Source: Amphiscolops sp. MND2022
Lineage: Eukaryota
DNA: 64,000 nt
Assembly (NCBI GenBank): GCA_964187785.1
Contig: OZ076409.1
Location: 58,096,001-58,160,000 of the forward strand
Reading direction: 5' to 3'
Under the pieces are notes generated by a model that saw only the letters and a list, made by a program, of their open reading frames with translations, was not told the DNA's origin and searched no databases. The translations under genes and the position numbers were made by a program. Numbering within the stretch: the first letter of the stretch is position 1; each line of letters starts with the position of its first letter. This document shows positions 50,076 through 62,080 of this stretch, in pieces.

Positions 50076-50610
50076 AACAAGCCGGGAACGGCCCAAGTCG
50101 GCGCCATATCTAAGGCTCAAAAATAGCAAAAGGACTTCAAAGTGTCAAGTATTCTCTTCGACAGTACCCGCATGAGGAAAAAATTGGAAAAAAGTCCGAA
50201 AGTTTTTTCCAAGTTTTTTCGAATTTTTTTTGGTCTCCGGTAAGTCGCATTGTGCCGAAAATGTAAAAGGGGGCCGGCCCTTTGAGAGTTTTTGAACATC
50301 CATTCTTTTGCAAAAATTCAAGGGGGGCCTTTTGGAGACATTAAAAAAATTGCAAAAAAAATCTCACAAAGCCGAAATAACCTGCACAAAAAAAATTGGT
50401 CAGAGGCGTCTCAAACCCACGTCCTTCTGCTTGGCAGACCTCAAAAAAACTTAATTAACCTCGATGCCAAGTGCCAGTAGATGTAGTGTGGCAGTTAGTG
50501 TTAGTGCAGCAAGTCAGCTTATAAAGCTTATGAAATCTGTCACTTCGTTGGTCGAAAAAAAAAGAAAAGTCACTGCTATAGTGTGCGTTTTCTACGAAAA
50601 GCGCCGACTA
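50076..50610 (-). mobile_element. HINE family-1 copy (full length)
   Basis: 9-bp subterminal inverted repeat AGTCGGCGC/GCGCCGACT, 3' hairpin GGCCGTTCCCGGC + TTGTT; homologous to 23618-24073. Confidence 0.75.
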
Positions 50611-51556
50611 AAAACGCGTGACTGCAGCTCGCGGGATAGAACAAGTCGCTCCGAAACTTCAGCTCAGATGAAAAAAATCTCATCTGACAAAATTCATCAC
50701 TGTTCCCAGAAAAAAGCTCAAGAACCGAAATGTGACACCTGTCTAGCGTCTATCTTGACATCTTTCTACTAGTTAGAAGTTTTGGTTCAGACTGTTATCT
50801 GATGAGACTCGTAGAACACAAGAAAATTTCTCTACGCACGAAGTGTTGAAATTCATAAATAATAATTGTCGCATGCTACCGCCTGCGATGGAAATTGGTA
50901 ATCTGTGTCATACAACTACCACAGGCCGTTCCCAGGTACAACCTTTGACTGACTGGCCAAAATGACATCGTTAAACTCCAAATTTTCATTTATCAAAACT
51001 GAATATCATTTATATCTTTTACATTTTGTACATGTAAATATTTGATAGGCACGAAGAAACGAGTTCAACTACCTGTCCAATTTTGTCGATATATCCGAGC
51101 TGGTCCTTTTAGTCAATCAAAAACTGAGCTACATATTTGCAATAATTTTTTATGCAGTGCAAATATAATGCATTAAATAGGCCGCATCCGGCCATGCGCA
51201 GGACAAAAAACGGCAAAGAAAGACAAACGGCCGAGTAAGGACCTAGTGTTTGAATGAAACATTTGGAAACGTGATGCGGAACATTAGTAGCTCTAAACAT
51301 TTTGACTAATATTATTCGAGAATAACCCAACAGATAGTTAATGTACATCCCCTTGTGTCCTTGAGCTTTTCCAAACATGTGTTTGAATTAGCGATGTTCA
51401 CGCCAGGTGAATGTGAATGTTGTTCTCTACATGGAAAGTTGATCATGAGAAATCATGTATTGTCTGTTCGCCTGTCTTGTCCGTTTGAAACGGGAGCGTC
51501 AAAACACTCTTTGAATTCTACATATAGATTACGTTTGACATAATGCGGCCATGTTT

Positions 51557-52046
51557 TAGTCAGCGCTTTTCTCGAGAAAAGAGTCGACTATAGTCATGGC
51601 TTTTCGTCAGTGTTTTTACAAAAAAACATTCAGATACACCCGAAGTCACCAAAATAGTTCTCCCCCAAAAGTTCTACATAACTTTAAAAAGACGCCAAGA
51701 TGTACCCGTTGGTCAAAGGAACTTTACAAAAAAAGATTTTCCATGTAATACAATAGCGGAAGAGACCAAAGGATCCCACTTTTCAGTTTTTCTCGACATT
51801 GCGAGACTTTCTTTCCGGACAAGTTTCCCCCCCAAAGGGTCCGCCTCGAATTTTTTCGGAGTTTTGCGACAGAATGAATGTTGAGAAATCCCGAAGGGTC
51901 CCCCTTTCATTTTTTTGGCATTGTGAGACTTTTTCCAATTTTTTCATAAAAGGGTCCCCAATTCACCAATATTTTGAAATTTTGAAGTATTTTTACAATT
52001 TTCGAGCCTTAGATATGGCGCCGACTTGGGCCGTTTCCGGCTTGTT
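51557..52046 (+). mobile_element. HINE family-1-related copy
   Basis: 5' TAGTCAGCGCTTTT; 3' GATATGGCGCCGACTTGGGCCGTTTCCGGCTTGTT. Confidence 0.7.
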
Positions 52047-52439
52047 GGAAATACCACTTATCTACAAAAAGTACTGTGATTTTTCAAATTACGAGTGTCA
52101 TCCTGCTAAGCGTATAAATACCCAAGGGAGGGGACCTCGAGTCATAATTTTGTGAAACCGCTACTATAAAGTTAAACAGTTACTGAAATAACAAATTACA
52201 GGAACAACCAATTTTCCATCCTGTATATTTTCTCATGTCTTCTAATGGAAGACACAAAGCAAATGCGAGGACATCAAAGGAAATGGTCCGATTATGATAA
52301 AATGGACGTGACGCCAAGTGGTTAGAATACTAAGTCGATTGAGAGAGAGAGAGTTAGACATAACAACGCTGAGACCTTTTCTCATTCTAGAAGAATTTCA
52401 TTACAAGAGAAAGAAATAAGAACTATTAACGTTGAAAAA

Positions 52440-53700
52440 CATCCTAGACACGATAGCATAATGGAATCTGTTGAAATCTTTTCAGATGAGATAAACATGA
52501 GATATTCTCAAGAAATGGATTCTTTGATAAATATATGTATTCTCAGACCAAGAGGGCCAAAAACTCTGTAATTAGCGATAGAGTTATTCCTGATATACAA
52601 AACATAATGGGTTCGCTGTGTTTGGAACACAGGGACACTGAGTCCCGAGTGTCTGGTAATAATCAGGATAGCAGTGAAAAAGCAAACGGGTTGTAAACAA
52701 AACTAACAAAGAAGGATTCTAGGTCTGCTTTCGCTCTTGGGGACAAGTATCGGCCCATAACATGTACATGGATTCACCTCTGCCAATGCCAGAGCCTGAG
52801 GTACCCGAAACACACCACATGACTCTAAAAACAGACAATCAGACGTGCTTGTATATCTTCAAATAAACCACATTCAATGACTACCCGACCAGTGACACCT
52901 ACCCAACCAATGACAATCGATGAACATTGAGCCTTTCGAGGCCTTGTTGAATACAATGAGGGAAATGCAACCGACAATGACCGAACAAATGAAAACTAAC
53001 CACTTCCCTCATTGCTGCAAAAAGGAGCATTGCATACACTCAGGAACATAAATTAAATCAACCGTCGAACTCTCTAGGACGTACTCGTCATATTCCAATC
53101 GAATTATCTCAAACCGGAATCACAAACTATAGCAAAATAGAAATGGCAAAGACTAGTATTTGACCCGGTAATATGACGAATTGAACCAAGGCGCTGAAAA
53201 AGCGTTTAGAGAAAATGCGGAAAGCATGAATAACAAATTGTTGTACGCTGATTTATCACCAAAACTGAAACGATTTGTCAACATGACTCGCTTGGAGAAC
53301 GGTATATACGAAGACATCGTGGCGCATCTCGGAAGTGGAGTTAGAACTCAATGTGTTAGAGGAATCTGATGATTCACAAATGGCCACAAAGGTATTAACA
53401 TCCAGCAATAACAGAATTCGGCTCTCGAATGGCACCGACACAAACAAAAATGCTCAGTGCACATACTGCAAGGCGAATGATCTCCTTTGGAAAAATTGTC
53501 CTAAACCTAAAAAGAACGGGAAATGGACAACAAAAATAGCAAAATGCCTCAACGCCCTAAATACCCTCAATGCCCGACTTAAGGTAAAACTAATCAGCCT
53601 GCAGCGAAATGTTGGAAAGGTGCGGGAGCACATCTACGTCCGTAGAGGTCTAGACAAGATGAAAAAGCCACCGAGGCGATGAAGGAACATCCAAAAAGGC
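52440..53700 (+). pseudogene. Decayed gypsy-type gag
   Basis: FEALLNTMREMQPTMTEQMKTNHF; KPESQTIAK*KWQRLVFDP; LLYADLSPKLKR..LENGIYEDIVAHL; degenerate knuckle CTYCKANDLLWKNC. Confidence 0.65.
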
Positions 53701-55413
53701 AAGTATTGATGCCGGGTCTACGTCAGGTCAATCGACATCCAGGAAGCCTGATTGAAAAAAAAACTTTTTTTGCCAGAACTCTAAGTACATGACTGAATGT
53801 CGGTGCGACAATATGTCATATCCGACCATCCAATTCTCAATTGTAGCCAATTTATTAAGGATACAAGTGGCATACCCTTTGTTGCCTGGCAGCAACAGAT
53901 GGAAAAAGCTGTATCAGAACCTATCGAAGTGTACACATTGGTCGCTCAGATCCTTTCAATAATGTTGAATGATAGTAAAAAGTTGTATATTTTCGGAATG
54001 TTGATATTATTCGGATTCATTTAAAAAATCTTCGAGTTTTTTTTGGAACTGAACTATGAAGAATCGCTCTTTGATTTCACGTTTACAGCAACAAAAAAGT
54101 GTAATTCCGAATTTCTGAGGTGTTGCTAGAACTAAATCAAATCTGACAAAAAAAGGCAAGAAAACCCCTTTTAACCGCGACAATAAAAAAAGTTATTCGG
54201 TCCTTTTGTTAAAGTTTTTTTCTCAATGTGGTTGAAATGGTCAAAGTATTTCTACAAAGTATTGTATTTTATGTCTGACGTCAAAACCGTAGTCAAAGCC
54301 GAATTGCTATTTTGTCTTCTTCTTTAAGCTTTTTGCAATTTTTTTTCGATTGTCGTTTTCTCACAAAATGTTCCATTTTGGCTTCTTTGAATATTTTCTC
54401 CAATGAACTAGATTTTTTGTGTGCAAAGGTTTTCCCGCTTTTATTTTTTTCGAAAGAGTGCAACGAATTTGGGATTTTGGAAACCATTAAAAGTCTTATG
54501 ATTTTTTGGCCTTCCAGTGAGAAGTATCCCCTAAAGCGTTTGAATCAGGCATGTAATTTTGAACAATTCACCATCATTTTCCTCAAACAATTACGCTATG
54601 AATTACTTATTATACGCGATACTAACTGTATTTTCATCAAATCGCGAATTAGTGTTCGCCGTGAAGTGGTCTATGATGTTTTAGCAATGAAAATTATTAC
54701 ACATTGTTTTCTTTTACTAACATAAACCCAATAAGGTGGTTTTCTCGTAGTTTTTACATTAACCGCTATTCAGTAGTTTTTGGCTCTCGTTCAGAAATCG
54801 TTTGCGGTTTATTTCTGAAGTTACTTATTGTAGGGAGACGTTAACCTGCATAAGGAGACATTAACCTGCATAATCGCGGCAGATATAAGAGGCTCCGTGT
54901 GTTTGATTAGTTTTGTGAAACTTTAGCGAAACGAACGACTGAATATCATATGGTTTCAAACATTTTTGTATCATCAGTTTTTTTTTAAAAATGAAAGCAC
55001 GCACGAACACTTGAACACTGAATAGAAGATATTTATAATGAAAGCACTCAAGGTCGGCTTTTTGTACAATTTTTCTACACAATCAATGGGATAAAATTTT
55101 GAAACAATCTGACACAATTTTCACACCTAGTGACAAATTTCACGCAAAGAGTTTCCGAGAAAGCACACGTAAAGCTGCCTTTTATTATTTCACAGAACAT
55201 ATTTGAGAGGGAAAATACTAATCTCACAGTAAACTACTTAAATATATTGAACTGAAGGTTAGTTTTTATTCAGTGATGAGGCTAGTAAGCATACTTCTCA
55301 GCATAGTGTAGTTTGATTACATTTATTGAATTGAAAAACACTGCATCGGTAGGTCAAGAGTCTTCATTTTCACTTTTCCGGTTTGAGAAAGCAACATGGG
55401 CAAAACATGTGCT

Positions 55414-55832
55414 TCAGAACTGTTTCACTGCCTCCTTCTTAGATTCAGCGAGACTGTGTAACTCCAGCCCATATACCAACGCCCCAACCGAAAGCACTCC
55501 TACATACACAACCAACATGACGCGATTGATCAGCTCCGACAACAACGACCATACTCGTAACTCCCGTTCAGACTCTTCCGAGGGACCTTCGTTTTCTTTC
55601 GTAACTTCGGCTCGATGCATCTCGGATCCGACCTGGTTTTTCTGGACTACTGGTGTCGCTTTGTCGAGTTTTCCGAGAAACAGCAAGTCCATCATACAGC
55701 AGTTGAGAAGGGCTACTACCGTCTGAGGAGGCTTTGAGTGGCCAACTTTCAAATGAATTCGAGTTGTGATCACAGCAACCACAATAGAAGAAGCAATCAG
55801 CATCACAGAGAAAATTATAAAGTCTCCGATTA
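55414..55832 (-). CDS. Cys-loop LGIC gene B, exon 4 (M3, short loop, M4)
   Basis: CACAG|TA ATC GGA completes FPVIGDFIIFSVMLIASSIVVAVI; WSLLSELINRVML; stop at 55414. Confidence 0.85.
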
Positions 55833-55886
55833 CTGTGACCCCAGGTTGAAGTTTAGATACATTTGATGGCCAACATTTGATTTCAG

Positions 55887-56306
55887 GGTTACATGACATT
55901 TCGTCCTATGCAATTTCAACCTATGCACTTTCAACCGTTGCCATTTCAACCGCTCACAATTTCAACCTATTGCATTTTCAAGCTTCCGCAATTTCGACCC
56001 GAAGTAATTTTGGCTAATGGATCCTAATAAGGTACATAGTTATTTTGGTGGTTTTAACTTTCATACATTTCTAAATTCAAATGTGCTAATTTTTAAGCCA
56101 GTTTTGATACGTTTTGGCGTCTTCATGAATAATTACAATTAATTAAGGCTGTTTGATTCATTAGTAATTATTACACTGGAAGAATAGCTCAACCGAATTA
56201 AGACTAAATAGCCAAAATTAGTTTAGGTCGAAATTGCGGACGGTTGAAATGGCAACGGTTGAAAGTGCATAGGTTGAAAGTGCATAGGATGAAATGTCCT
56301 GACACC
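55887..56306. mobile_element. MITE with ~65-80-bp TIRs built of 15-bp CCTATGCACTTTCAA-like units
   Basis: Left GACATTTCGTCCTATGCAATTTCAACCTATGCACTTTCAACCGTTGCCATTTCAACC is inverted at the right end; no clear TSD. Confidence 0.8.
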
Positions 56307-57080
56307 ACCTTTGATATTTTGGAAGGTTTTTTGATGTTCCTGTTTATTCTAAGTTTTTAAAATGCACTTTTGCACGGAGAGGTTTCCATTCCAAAACTCA
56401 ACTTCAAATTTCTATCAGTTTTGAACCTAAACGGTGAGGAGAAAAAAACACAAACTTTCAGGATAACAACTCATTTCGCATTGATCACAGACAAAAACAA
56501 ATGTATCGCAACTTAAAAAATTACAGCAACGTACAGAAACCACTTTAAAATCAGACCACTTTAAAGTCAAACAATTTTCTGCACCAAAATTTCATTTCAT
56601 TTCTTTAATTGTTTCGCGTTTTGAGTTTTTTCTCAGAATTTTGAGGAAGGAAACCATTGGTCAATCTTTGGCGTCAGCTTTTTTTTCTGAGAAACGTTTG
56701 GTTCTTCAAGCATCACTCATTGATTTTTAATCCTAGTCCTAAGAAATTGCCAAACAGCCAAGTGAAGTGTTTTCTGTCGCTTTGAATACAGCTATTTTGA
56801 AAAAAAGATCGATATAAACTATTAGAACGGACTTAGCGAGTTTCCAAGAAACAGTGAATGATTTTTGGGAAAACCATTCCGTCGAAGAGTTCAATACTGC
56901 TTCCGTTTACGGATTATGACCGGAAAATATCTAATCGATATACGAAACTCATAATGCAAAAAATTTGCCTAAAAAGTTTGCCTAAGAAGTTGCCTGAAGA
57001 TTAATGTCTTTAGGTTTAGATTAGATTAGATGTTTACTTTTTTTAAATTTTAAGACACTTCTTGTTTCTAAAAGATAAAC

Positions 57081-57495
57081 CCGGGAAGCTTTCGGCCGAG
57101 GGCGGAAGAATCTCCGCGATCACAATGAGCTCAACTACTTGGGAGAGAAGCACAGTCACACCTAGTGAAACTTTCTCCCCGCTTTCAACCGGAAGAATGA
57201 AGCACAAGACAGAAAGAAATGTCATTAGGCATGAAGGAAGAATGATCACGTTTACATAAAATGTTGGGTGCCGTTGAAACCGGAAGGTATACTTTATGGT
57301 ATCGTAGGTAAATTGCGGGTTGCCAAGAAAGGTCTTATAGGTCTGTTCCAGATAAACCGGCTTTACGAGCTCCCACTGTCCAGCTGATTTGAAGAATTCT
57401 AGTTGCAGCTGATTGTCTGGAGAGAATTTAGTATCCGGGGCCAACCTATAGCTCATATTGGTGGATATCCATTGTCCTGCCGCTAATGTGCAGTT
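57081..57495 (-). CDS. Cys-loop LGIC gene B, exon 3 (loops B/C, M1, M2)
   Basis: CATAG|AAC TGC closes the Cys loop C-SFDVRLFPFDAQN-C; QRHPTFYVNVIILP; ESGEKVSLGVTVLLS; phase-1 donor CCG G|GTTTAT. Confidence 0.88.
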
Positions 57496-57963
57496 CTATG
57501 TGCAAATGAAGTAAATTCAAAACCTCGATCTGCTACAGGTTTTTTGGAAAGCAACTATTTTGCTTCAAGTTGTTTTTATAATCAGCCAATTGCTTAGTAT
57601 ATTTAACTGGATGCGGTAATTGCCACGAGTCTTTCGCTCCGAAATCAACAAAAAGAGAATAAAAATTGTACTCACCACTTGAATTGTGTCTATCAAAAAA
57701 CTTTTACGTCAATAATGGGAAAAGCACAGAAATTAATTTCGTAAACCCAAGAATTTGGTTGTTTTAAAAAACAGTTTTTTTGTTCTAGGAGAATATAGAC
57801 ACTAGAGGAATGATATCCAATGAGATTTACACTTTTTGTTTACCAAAATCTTGTCAAAATTTTGTTTTGTTGGTTTAATAACTTTCGGGCACATAATAGT
57901 TGGACGACTCGATAACCAATTAAAACCAAAAATTGATTTGAAATGTCTCTGGAAGGTACTAAC

Positions 57964-58393
57964 CTGGGCGTCGAAGGGAAACAAGCGGACATCGAATGAA
58001 CATGTGAGTTGTATATTGAGGCCAGAAGTAATCGCGGACACCATTCCAGTGCTTGTTATCTGCTGGTTCTCGTACACACTAAAAACAATGTCGACCGTCT
58101 CATGAAAGATTACATCCGGGGTCCACACTGTGCCTGGAGGGAAAATTACGCTATAGACACCAATTGCTTCGGGATCCCACGCCAAGTCAGGGATATAGTA
58201 GGTCAGGTAGAACCACAGCTTCAGATTGACAAGTGCTTGTTTTTCATCCACTCCCAGCAGTTGGTACAAATCGATGTACAGATACACTGTGTTGTCGGTC
58301 ATGTTTGCATGCGGAGCATGCTTTGTTATTTTGCTCAGCAATTCGTCAACGAAATTTTGCTCCACGGAAGCGTTTTGGAATCCGCAACTAACC
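57964..58393 (-). CDS. Cys-loop LGIC gene B, exon 2 (ligand-binding domain)
   Basis: Same length (430 nt) and phases as gene A exon 2; IDLYQLLGVDEKQ, LAWDP, VWTPDVIF, CSFDVRLFPFDAQ|GT. Confidence 0.9.
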
Positions 58394-58575
58394 CTGATTG
58401 ACGTAGTGTAAAACATCTTAACAAACGTTTCAATTTTGAACTTGATGTTTGAAGAAGCAGGAAAGCAATCGTTTTGGAAGAAAAGGAATTCATTGAAATT
58501 ATAATGCGTTGCATGCATTTGGTGCAAGACGACATTACATTTTTGCTCAATTATGATGCTTAATGCCCTGGCAAA

Positions 58576-58820
58576 AGTGTCATAAGATACATAAAATATA
58601 ATGAAACCACTTACGCGGTTAGAAGATTTCCTAAAAACTCATACCGATTGATGATAGAAAACACGGTTTCATAATTTTCATGCGTTTCTGAAAAATATTT
58701 TTCAGAAACGCGTAAAAATTATGAAACTTTGTTTTCTATCATCAATCGGTATGAGTTTTTAGGAAATCTTCTAACCTCGTAAGTGAAGTTTTCATTATAT
58801 TTTATGTATCTTATGACACT
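58576..58820. repeat. 245-bp near-perfect palindrome (foldback) in gene B intron 1
   Basis: AGTGTCATAAGATACATAAAATATAATG... mirrored about GAAAAAT|ATTTTTC (58696/58697) to ...CATTATATTTTATGTATCTTATGACACT. Confidence 0.95.
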
Positions 58821-58893
58821 ATAATTATTTTAATAATTTAGATATTAAAAATCTCATCCATTAAAATAATTACTTTTGTCCAAAATCGTCAAC

Positions 58894-58964
58894 CAAGGCA
58901 CTCTAGCGATCATGATAACCAAAAATAAAATCCAAAGAATTCTATCTGAAAACTTGGCAGCCAT
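58894..58964 (-). CDS. Cys-loop LGIC gene B, exon 1 (signal peptide MAAKFSDRILWILFLVIMIARVPW)
   Basis: Hydrophobic ATG exon ending CCTTG|GT at the same position as gene A; total CDS 1335 nt in frame. The donor GTTGAC is weak. Confidence 0.65.
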
Positions 58965-59573
58965 GATGCGCTTCGACTGGTTTTTCCTTTGCAGCAGATG
59001 GCTGGAAATGGGAATTTATATATTCAATTTTTTTCATCATCATGCTGAAATTGACATATTTGACAAATTTTATGATCCAATTACTTTTGTTGGGACAGTG
59101 AAACTATCAATCAAAAGCAGCAAACAAAAACTGTTTACATTAATCAAGAATATTTTGATGAAAGTGAAGTTCATTAAAGCAGAGGTAACATACGACAACC
59201 TTGAATTGAAATCAAGGGAACATTGTTTTCTCGATAATACCGAGTACCGAGCATTGCAAAAAATGAAACTTTCTATTTGAGAACATATTAACAGCGAGTT
59301 TATTGCTAAACAAGAGGCAAAGGTTTTATGACAAGAAACCCAATCTAAAGAGATTTTTCAATTTTGTTTTCAAATTCCGAACTTCCGGAAACGCTTTCTT
59401 GTACTAGATGGAGATATTGCATTTTGTGATCTGTGAATCGTAATTCTAATGCTTGATGCTGATAAAGATATGTTCATTTTTTCCGAAGACAATCAAATCT
59501 CTTTAGAATAGATAAATCTCAAATCGCTTTAGTTAAGACTGTTTTTGTGACACAAGTAAAAAAATTCTCTTGT

Positions 59574-60063
59574 TAGTCGGCGCTTTTATTAATGAAAGAG
59601 CCTGACTATTACAGTCACTCGTCTTTTTCTTTCTTTCAGATAGACTCGAAGCGACGAAATTTTCGTTCAGTTTGTTCAACTAAACGAATACGTGGGAAAC
59701 GCATCTAAGTTATCGCAAAGGGTCCCCCCTTTCAGTTTTTACTTTTTAAACGTGACATACAAAACCGAATGAGACTAAAGGGTCCCCCTTCCAATTTTTT
59801 TCGGCGCTGTGAGATTTTTACCCGAAAATTTTTGTCTTCAAAGGCTCCCCCTTCGATTTTATTGAATTCCCCCTTCGTAATATTCCCCCGGAATAAGCGC
59901 TATAGCCGAATTTTTGACGTTATATCCTAACTATATAGCGTTTTTGTAAGGAGGAGGCGGAGGTCCGAGAACAGGAGGTTTTCATGAAAACATCATACGC
60001 GTAATTCAAATCTGCGCTTTTTGAGCTTTAAATATAGCGCCGACTTTAGATGGCCGTCTTGTT
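59574..60063 (+). mobile_element. HINE family-1-related copy
   Basis: 5' TAGTCGGCGCTTTT; 3' TATAGCGCCGACTTT..GTCTTGTT; internal AAAGGGTCCCCC repeats. Confidence 0.7.
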
Positions 60064-60292
60064 TTTAAATCTCTTTCCCTTGAGCGAGCCCCAGATTACT
60101 ACGTGGCACAGTCAGCATTTAAATAAATACCACACAAATAGTTCGATTCAAAAATTACATTGAGACCCATTCACCATTGATATGCCCGAAGCGGCAGAAT
60201 AAAATATACGTCTGGCAATACCGGTGTTCACCGACATGAAAAATGTAGACACAACTGACGCAGTACTGTGGTGGCCAGCACTCATGTTATCT

Positions 60293-60641
60293 AACAAGAC
60301 GCCCGCTAAGCACGGGATATTTTCCGTAAAAAATAAAACGCATCAGCCCGGGCTCCAAACCACGACCTCGTGTCTGCAAGGCAGACGCACTACCAACTGC
60401 GCTATGGTGAAGTGCAGTTAAGTGGAGCTCAAGTAACAAAGTAGTCAAGTAACTATATCATATAGTTACTTGACTATTTTAGCTACTTTTAGCTAACTCC
60501 ACGATCTCCATCCACTACTTGACTATTTTATGATAAAGTAGTCAAGTAGTGAATGGATATCGTGGAGATTTGGCAGAGTTTGGGAAAAAAGCGCGACATG
60601 GATATGATTTTCCTCACCCATTATATGTGGGCGGAAAATTA
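60293..60641 (-). mobile_element. Second HINE-like family with a tRNA-derived head and two internal hairpins
   Basis: Minus strand: 5' T-run ATTTTCCG ... CGGAAAAT-ATCCCGTGCTTAGCGGG-CGTCTTGTT 3'. tRNA-like segment at 60343-60410 (A box TAGCGCAGTTGG, degenerate B box). Hairpins at ~60441-60476 and ~60497-60567. Confidence 0.55.
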
Positions 60642-61619
60642 AAAAAAACTCAAGATATCGGTTTAAACGGTTACATTGAGGGACGTCAACCCGCACCAAA
60701 GAAGAAGAAACAAAACTACGAAAACTACGAATCCGAGGATTAAGAGGATTAAGTTAACAGATAGTTCACGCAGCGACCAGAACGCTACACAACTAACCGA
60801 ATAAACGTACAACTCAACAGAAAGGATTTCTTAGAACTACAATCAGAAGAAGTGGAAATTTTTTCTGTTCTAAGAAAACCTTTCTTGGAGATTTAACTCT
60901 CCAACAAACTTAAAAACGGCTAAGAAAGCACAAAGGCCTAGAAGAAAAGGCAAAGAAAACAGACCAAAAAGTCAACAGTTGATAAACATCCCACAAGACG
61001 ACACATTTCAAAGAAAACACGTGAACCGAAATACGCAAATAAATTTAACCGATGCAAAGAAAAAACGACAAACACCAAAGTAAAACGAGAGTTTGAAAAT
61101 TGTGGAAACAGACATTGGCACTTTGGAGTGAAATTGGACACACCAAGACGATATTCATATCAATACATGTACAAATGATATCAGAAAGATTCGAATCATA
61201 CCAAAAAGTCAAAAACTAACCAATAATACGCAATCTTAACGCTATGAACAGCATTGAACAGGAAACCCGATGATTCACGGTGAATACATAAATGAATGGA
61301 AAATGAAACGACTTGATATTGAACAATTAACACACCTGAGAATAATAAAGAGACGCGAGGGAAAACCACAATCTTCAAATAAAATGGTCAACGTGACGTC
61401 AAATAAAATGGAAACGGACGAAATGTTTATCGAGAAATCAAAGGTATTGGTGAACGAAGTCCAAAAAGAATTACAGATCTACACAACGAAAGAAGATGTA
61501 CATCCGTTAATCCTGGATGAACTAGGTGAAAGAAATGAACACAATATTAAGCAAAAACATTGCATTAGAAACAGAAACTCAATAGAAAAAAAAACATTTT
61601 TCTCATGCTAATTTGAACC

Positions 61620-62080
61620 AAGCACACTGTCAAGGCATCGAATCTGATAAACAATTAAAACCGGACTCCCCATAAAAAACAAAAGGACGTACCGATACAC
61701 TTACAAGAAGCAGTTGGTACAAACAGATGACTGAGAACGGGCCATATTAAAAAAGTATCTGACCTGGAAAATAACTCGTTCATCTCACCTGCGGAAAAAA
61801 CGGTAAGCATAGATAAATTCATAAAGATGGCTCTCAACTCCAGAAAACTGAACTATGCTTCTATCTAGAGACAAGCTCAAATGCAAAACATGCAGGAACC
61901 GTTGCGCAGAACTTCCATAACAAAATCAAGCGACACAAATCATGAACTCTGGTTTTCAAAAATTGATTTCGACCAAATAGGCAACTGAAGTTAGAGAACT
62001 GAGCGCAAAAGCATTGCGTCTTCTCGCGATAGCCGACGGTGACTTCACGGAATACTATCAGTTTTCAAAAAGGCGGACAA
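61620..62080 (+). pseudogene. Decayed gypsy RT N-terminal half
   Basis: VPIHLQEAV; GHIKKV..FISP; IKMALNSRKLN; QMQNMQE; LWFSKIDFD; HCVF. Confidence 0.7.

Noticed and set aside
54833..54872. 20-bp tandem duplication GGAGAC(G/A)TTAACCTGCATAA
   Set aside because: Simple local duplication with no further structure.
55414..55899. PGVTVIG before M3 as a duplicated M2 segment or alternative start
   Set aside because: Better explained as intron sequence before the CACAG acceptor; splicing restores exact collinearity with paralog A.
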